Shown: positions 52,539 through 58,580 of the stretch, piece after piece
How the letters are laid out: every line of letters begins with the position of its first letter
How positions within the stretch are numbered: the first letter of the stretch is position 1
From: Octopus bimaculoides
Lineage: Eukaryota
Reading direction: 5' to 3'
NCBI RefSeq assembly: GCF_001194135.2
Contig: NC_068984.1
Location: forward strand, 114,481,045 to 114,539,624
DNA length: 58,580 nucleotides
Translations under genes and position numbers: made by a program
Notes under the pieces: generated by a model
Seen by the model: only the letters and a program-made list of their open reading frames with translations
What the model was told of the DNA's origin: nothing
The model's database searches: none

Positions 52539-53788
52539 GGGCTTCTTTCAGTTTCTGCCAACCAAATCCATTCACAAGGCTTTGGTTGGCCTGGGGCTAT
52601 TGTACAAGATACTTGGCCAAGGTGCCATGCAGTGGGACTGAACCCAAAACCATGTGGTTGGAAGGCAAACTTGTTAACTACACAGCCATGCCTAATTAAT
52701 ACAAGACAATTAAAAGCATAAATAATATTATAGTGTGAAATGGAAAGAATATATATTGTGTGTGTGAGTGTGTTTTAGATAGAGAGGAAACAGGAATATG
52801 AGAGATAGAGGGAGGGAGAGAGAAAGGTGCAGTAGAAGCAATAGGATCTCTGTAAGACTAATAAGGAACCATAACTTTAGGTGCACCAAATCTACTAGAA
52901 TTGTTCAAAGCACAAATATGGACTGCATCAATAATTGGTTCAAAGTAGTAAATGTTGAGTTAATATAATTGACATACTAATGGATAAATGCCTGTGATAG
53001 CATAGCAGCTAAGGTTTGAAAGGATGGGAGAAGTTTGGTAAACTGTTATTCTGTTTGCAACAAAGAGTTCCTCTTTCATTATGAAAGGCAGGCAATATGA
53101 GTCATATGTAGGATGTATGATATGGCACAGTTGTGAAACAGCAGCAGCAGTAGCAAATGTTGAGGGTCTGCAGTAATTGGAGAAGAACAAATTGAATATA
53201 CTCCATTTGATGAGCAATGCTAACCAACATATATAACAAAGGGTAAGCGCACAAGGGAATTGCTAAAATGAGAGTATAACAAAGCCATGAATGAAGTAAC
53301 TATGTCAGTATGGACATGGGATGCAAGTGGATAATGTGTGTTGAGAATTAGTGGTGGGAGGTACTCATGAAATAGGCAAACCATATAAAGATCCAAAATG
53401 AAATGGAATCATCTCATTCAAATCAACCTGAGAATGGTAGGTTTCACAGGAAGAAAAAAAAAAGATAACGTATGATCAAGACACATTGAAAGATGCTCTA
53501 TAGTAGAGCTATAAGATCTAAACCAGCTTGTAATAGCTGGTAATATAACAATTTTAATGATGATGATGATGAAAGAGATAGGGAATGTGTGTGAGTGAGA
53601 AAAGGAAGGAATTAAAAATTTTTTGAAGGACAAAGAGTTAATACATCTCAGTACACATGCAAGCAAGTGTGTATGTGTAGAGGGGGTGAGAGAAAGAGGG
53701 AAACTGGGGGAAGAAACAAAGAAAGTTTGTGTAAGTTTAAATAAATACCACGACCTTAATGATAAACGAATTAGTAAAAGCTTCTTAC

Positions 53789-53841
53789 CTGGTAGTCTAT
53801 TCATGTTTACCCCCTGTGTAGATAGTCCAATACCCATGTAA
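53789..53841 (-). CDS. RANBP9: RanBPM exon, 53 nt, (G)YMGIGLSTQGVNMNRLP(G), SPRY domain
   Basis: Minus strand: ttctttcag|T TAC ATG GGT ... CTA CCA G|GTAAGA. It is the N-terminal part of ORF-track entry 53418..53837. Confidence 0.97.
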
Positions 53842-54310
53842 CTGAAAGAACAAAAAAAAAAATAATAATAATAAAAACAACAACAATAATAATTATTTCA
53901 AATTTTGGCACACAGCCAGCAATTTTATGGGGAGGGAATTAGACATTTACATTGTCCGCAGTACTGGTACTTTATTTTTATTGACCCTGAAAGAATGAAA
54001 AGCAAAGCAAACTTTTTGCAGAATTTGAACTCAGAATGCAAACATCCACTGTCTGATTCTGCCACTTCATTGCAATAAGAATGGTGATGATCATTTTACA
54101 GGATATAAGAAACAGGAAGTTTGGCTATTTCATACTTTTTTTTTTTTGAGAGAGAACAAAGGAAAACATTTAAAACTAAAATTAGNNNNNNNNNNNNNNN
54201 NNNNNNNNNNNNNNNNNNNNNNNNNNNNNNNNNNNNNNNNNNNNNNNNNNNNNNNNNNNNNNNNNNNNNNNNNNNNNNNNNNNNNNNNNNNNNNNNNNNN
54301 NNNNNNNNNN

Positions 54311-54348
<38 letters not shown>

Positions 54349-55699
54349 TGATTTTTAAATACGAGATCATTTTCAAATGTTACAAAGACCAAATTATTAT
54401 TGTTTTGTAATTCACCTTCAGAAGTAAAACATTTGCAAAATTTCTGAAGTTTGCCAAAAAGATTTGCAAAGTTGGAATACTTTTAAGTTAACCTTTTAAT
54501 AAATAATTTTACAGCAAGTTTGTTTTTTCTTTTACTTCATTTTGCTTCATATTTTTCTTTCTCCTCCTCACCTATTTATAACTTTCACTTGCTTATCTTA
54601 ACAGCACACATATTCACACTGACAAATTGTGTCTAAAGTATCAGTGAAATAAAAATGGAAATTTGTTTACATGAAGATATATTTTGAATCAGAAAGAGAA
54701 GGCATTTACAATACACTAGTTCATGGTTATTGTAATAAAAAAAACATTGTACAATATAATTTAGGGGATGTCAACAAGCATATTAGTGAAAAATTGAAGA
54801 TTGGATATATAGACCATTAATTTATGCTATCATATAATCTGAACAGCTTATTCTCCTTCAAAATTATTTCATGTCTCTAACGTAGCCATTAAAAACATGA
54901 CAGTCATTACAACAAATTTATTTTGAATTCTAGAATTCACATTACAAACAAGGAAGCCTCTACAAAAAGCAGAGAAATATCCCACAAGTCACATCTACCT
55001 TTTTTTTTTTAACCCATTAGCATTCAGATTACTTTGTCAAATGTAATGTTTGTTTATTCACATTGTCTGGAATAAATTATGCATTATCTTGTATTCACAT
55101 TGTTTTGAATTTATCATGCATAATCTTGTAGCTTCAAGATTTCGATAATGTGATCGTTTATATTTAGAATGACAATGTAGCGTAGGTGCAAGAGACCAGA
55201 TCTAGCCAGTTTGAATGAAAAGTAGGTAAAATATTTGGGATGAGTAGGGCCAATTTAAATGCTAAAGGGTTAAAAAGAAAAAAGGAATGACATTTTGGAT
55301 AATATGGTCTAAGACACATTATACTGAGAAAGGGTGAATAAATGGGATGGTTATGGTTGAAAAGTCTTCAATCATAAAGTCAGTTTGATCAGAGATGAAA
55401 CAATTACTGCTGCTGCCACCACAAGTATCACATTTTTTTCTGGATGAAAATTTTAAATCCTAATCTTATTTAATTAATTTCTCATCAACGTTTCAAATCA
55501 TTACATTGTGAGAGCCAAACTAACTTTTGCATTCACCAAAATTCCAGGATAAACAAACTTGACTAATATATCTGATAATCTGCCACAGCTTTTTATTTTT
55601 TTATTTTTACAAGTGGACTAATTTCTTCCAAATTAGATGCAGAAAAAAAATCAAATGAGAACTGTTGTTCTAAATTTTACTTTTCATAAAAAAATCTTC

Positions 55700-57100
55700 C
55701 TACTTTGCAATTCATCTGCCAAGATGGCTCTCTAAATAGCATTGCTGCAGACAAAGCTACTGGTTTTGCTGCCGGTTTTGTTTACAACAGACACATAAAA
55801 TTCTTCCCAAACTATCCTTCCTTGTTCAGCCTGTTTCATAACTGTGTACACAGTTGCTACAGGCAATAACCTTCAGTATTTCCAATCTGAAAAGAAAGCC
55901 TTCAGTGCTATGGTGTTCATCCAGTACCCCAAAATTGTGTATTCCAAAGCTAGCTTCTGCATTCCACTAACTCTTCAATCCTTCTTTGACTATGGAGACC
56001 TATTCTAATCTACGGAAATACATGTCACACATAACAGTATACTCCATTCCAAAGATCAACTTCTCTAACCCAGCCAACTACTGATCTCTTGTCATCTCTT
56101 TTACTATCTTGAAACTGATAAAAACAACAAATCATTGAATATTTCTTTCCAAGTGATCACCAATACAGTTTCATAGAGCAAGGTCTAATAAAAATTGTCT
56201 TTCCTAACATCACACATCTGTGCAAGTAATGCTGTTGCTCACGTCCGTCTTGTAGCAGAACATTCATGTTAAGTCACACACCAGTGAACTCCGCTCAACT
56301 TTCAGATTGTCAACATGCAGATAGAGCTTTCTATTTGGGACTTGCTTTTGTCTCCTATACTATTCACTGTTACTTCCAACTGTACACCCTCCTAAACAGA
56401 AAATGCCTTGCTTCACTTTTCCCTAATCTTCCCTGTACAGCTATCATTTTCCATACAACCTAAATATGTGACACCAGGTTTGCACTGGTTTTATGAACAA
56501 AGATCTTGAAAAATATTTTCCAATTGGAATATGACACAATCTCTTTCAACAGTAGCAGGTTACAAAGCTCAGACATGTTACACACGTGAAGTAAATAAAT
56601 GGTTGTGCACTACAGTCTCTACAAAAGCTGCCAAAAATACCAGACCTCATGATCTATCCAAGTGTCTTCACATATAACTTTGCCAAAGGCACATGCCAAA
56701 CATTTGGCTTATTCTTCCATGACAGGAAAAAAAAAAAAAAATCAGTTCTGACCAGTTGTCGACCTTTACATATTTAGGATAGTGCTGCAATTATAAGCAT
56801 CAAACATCCTGGATCGTATCCAAAAATAGATATCTGATTGTAATTTTTTGGATGTAGAAGGTTCATTAGCTTATATATGTGGTGCTTCTTTGATCTCTGT
56901 CTACAACAATGGCTTATGGATCCTCTAAACAAGCATGATGCACACCACTTCTACCAAAGCTTAATACATCCTCACACGCCTCATCATCTTTACTGTGTCT
57001 TAATTCTCAAACTCTACACTAAAGTCTTCAATCCTTCCTCCTCAAAATTGCATTCTACTACAACCTCAGGGTACCTATGTTTTCCTTTACAAACATTCAC
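55700..57100 (+). mobile_element. Highly decayed LINE RT region
   Basis: DHQYSFI.RS-like (gatcaccaatacagtttcatagagcaaggtct), (D)RAF-like and YKAQ segments in the expected order. Very degenerate, boundaries approximate. Confidence 0.45.
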
Positions 57101-57920
57101 CTACAGAAGTTCAAACTGAACAATAGCTATATAATTTCCATGAGTCTTGAAGACTCCTGCAAAGATGAAGGGTATTGTTCTTCCAACTCCAAATAAACTA
57201 TTTAGAAATTTTTCTTTTCTTGGAGAGGAAACATTGACTACAGTTTGTGTGAAGCAACAATTTAGAGACAAACACAATAACTTGTATAGATGCTCCTACA
57301 GTCTAAGTTCTATTTAACACAGACATAGATGGTGCACAATTGATTAACACACAGATTCTTGATAAAGGAATAACTTTGTCCAGTCCAACATAATGGTTTC
57401 TGTGGTTATTGAAAACTTTCTACTTCAACCCTATAATCCAGGATCCTTTAGATTTTATTCAATAGTAAAATTATCATAAATATGCTAACAGGCTGATCAT
57501 TAATTAAACAATATTACAGATATTGACCTTTCCTTCCATCTAGAATGGATAGATGTTCAGGCAAAATTCTATTATATTATTCCATCTTCAGTTCAACTAA
57601 TAGTTTTCTCACTTTTATTTGTTCACTCTCATTTCATTACCACTTTTTCTATACTTGTTTTTTTTTTAATACATATATTAAGAGGATCAGAGCTACTAAA
57701 CAAGCTGTGTCAAAAGAGTGTCGTCTAGCAACTGAAAAATTGGCAGTTCACATCCTGACAATATCACTGCGCTGTGTTGTTGGCAACAGTTCAACTGTAA
57801 CATTGTAAGCAATGGACACTATTGTATAAATTGAAGAGCATTTCACTAAAAAAATCTACTTGTGAGCAAAAACTGTGATAGACAGGCAATCCTACATACA
57901 TAAAATTGTCTCTCTAGACT

Positions 57921-58140
57921 TTAACCCTTTTCATATCAACCTGCCTGAAACCACCACTGAATAAACTTCCTGTTTTAAAGTGATCTAAATCAAAACCTTC
58001 CATCAAACTTTCATGTTAATTTATGTTCCAAACACCAGTTTGATAATGACAAAATTACATTATTAAATTCATAATCTTTATCAAATTAATTGAATCAAAG
58101 GCAGTGTGTTTCAACAGAAATATCGTAACAAAAGAGTTAA
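57921..58140. mobile_element. TTAA-flanked MITE family B; other copies ~15622-15914, ~43770-43897 (reverse), ~45620-45750, ~48929-50190 (interrupted)
   Basis: TTAA-CCCTTTTCATATCAAC ... AACAAAAGAG/GG-TTAA; shared body ttttaaagtgatctaaat..aaaaccttccatcaaa.tttcatg..aatttatgttcc. Confidence 0.72.
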
Positions 58141-58344
58141 ACTACATACACCGCATAATTAAAAAATAAAATTTCTAGATCCTAAATGTCTGATGTTCAA
58201 AATAAATCCAATCATTCTTTTTTAAAAACAAAAGCAAAGAGTAAAAGAGAGTTTATAACATTTCTGTAGGAAAACTGAAAAAAATATATATTATATCATT
58301 ATCAAAATCATATTTTCTAGAAGCCCAACCCCACCTGGCTATAA

Positions 58345-58580
58345 ATCATCATCATCATCATCATCATCGTTTAACGTCCGCTTTCCATGCTAGCATGGGT
58401 TGGACGATTTGACTGAGGACTGGTGAAACCGGATGGCAACACCAGGCTCCAGTCTAATTTGGCAGAGTTTCTACAGCTGGATGCCCTTCCTAACGCCAAC
58501 CACTCAGAGAGTGTAGTGGGTGCTTTTACGTGTCACCCGCACGAAAACAGCCACGCTCGAAATGGTGTCTTTTATGTGCC
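58345..58580 (-). mobile_element. Young RTE-tail repeat (runs off the window end)
   Basis: Reverse complement of 1-247 with few differences. Confidence 0.85.

Larger units (their letters stand above)
611..53841 (-). other. RANBP9: RanBP9/RanBP10 (RanBPM) orthologue, partial gene span (SPRY + LisH exons); gene continues beyond both window ends
   Basis: Six exons with AG acceptors and GT/GC donors join in consistent phases (1,1,0,0,2) into one ORF recognisable as RanBPM SPRY/LisH ([28 protein letters not shown]; [25 protein letters not shown]; V..YLVHHG.C.TAEAF). Family identity is from recalled protein sequence, not a database search. Confidence 0.96.

Noticed and set aside
53418-53788. 139-aa ORF-track entry starting MGIGLSTQGVNMNRLPG
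   Set aside because: Only the first 53-nt exon is real. The ORF reads through the GTAAGA donor into low-complexity intron.
1249-57808. Remaining 60-130 aa ORF-track entries
   Set aside because: They come from microsatellites, N-gaps, SINE bodies or chance in AT-rich DNA; none resembles a protein family I recognise.
53842-58580. Search for the preceding RanBPM exon (..ASVRATHPIP..CGIYYFEV..GRDG-type)
   Set aside because: No matching sequence was seen; it must lie beyond the window end (or, less likely, in the 54186-54310 gap).

Overview
AT-rich, microsatellite- and SINE-dense animal genomic DNA. The repeat families look like those of Octopus (inference, from recall), and the window has ten N-gaps. 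It lies entirely inside one large minus-strand gene, the RanBP9/RanBP10 (RanBPM, CTLH/GID E3 ligase scaffold) orthologue. Six coding exons were reconstructed by hand (53789-53841, 38084-38251, 18615-18637, 11566-11667, 9164-9246, 611-723; 542 nt). They splice into one open frame: [180 protein letters not shown] (SPRY domain plus LisH). The gene's 5' and 3' ends lie outside the window. Introns contain tRNA-derived SINEs, RTE-LINE 3' ends, decayed CR1/L2-type LINEs, two Tc1/mariner relics and TTAA-flanked MITEs. The most interesting unexplained signals are RNA-processing features of the host gene: a frame-preserving 39-nt candidate cassette microexon inside the SPRY domain, a GC splice donor with an in-frame GT competitor 15 nt away, a ~510-nt fold-back palindrome just upstream of an exon, and closely spaced inverted SINE pairs. 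None is proven from sequence alone, and no prokaryote-type system (CRISPR, operon) is present.
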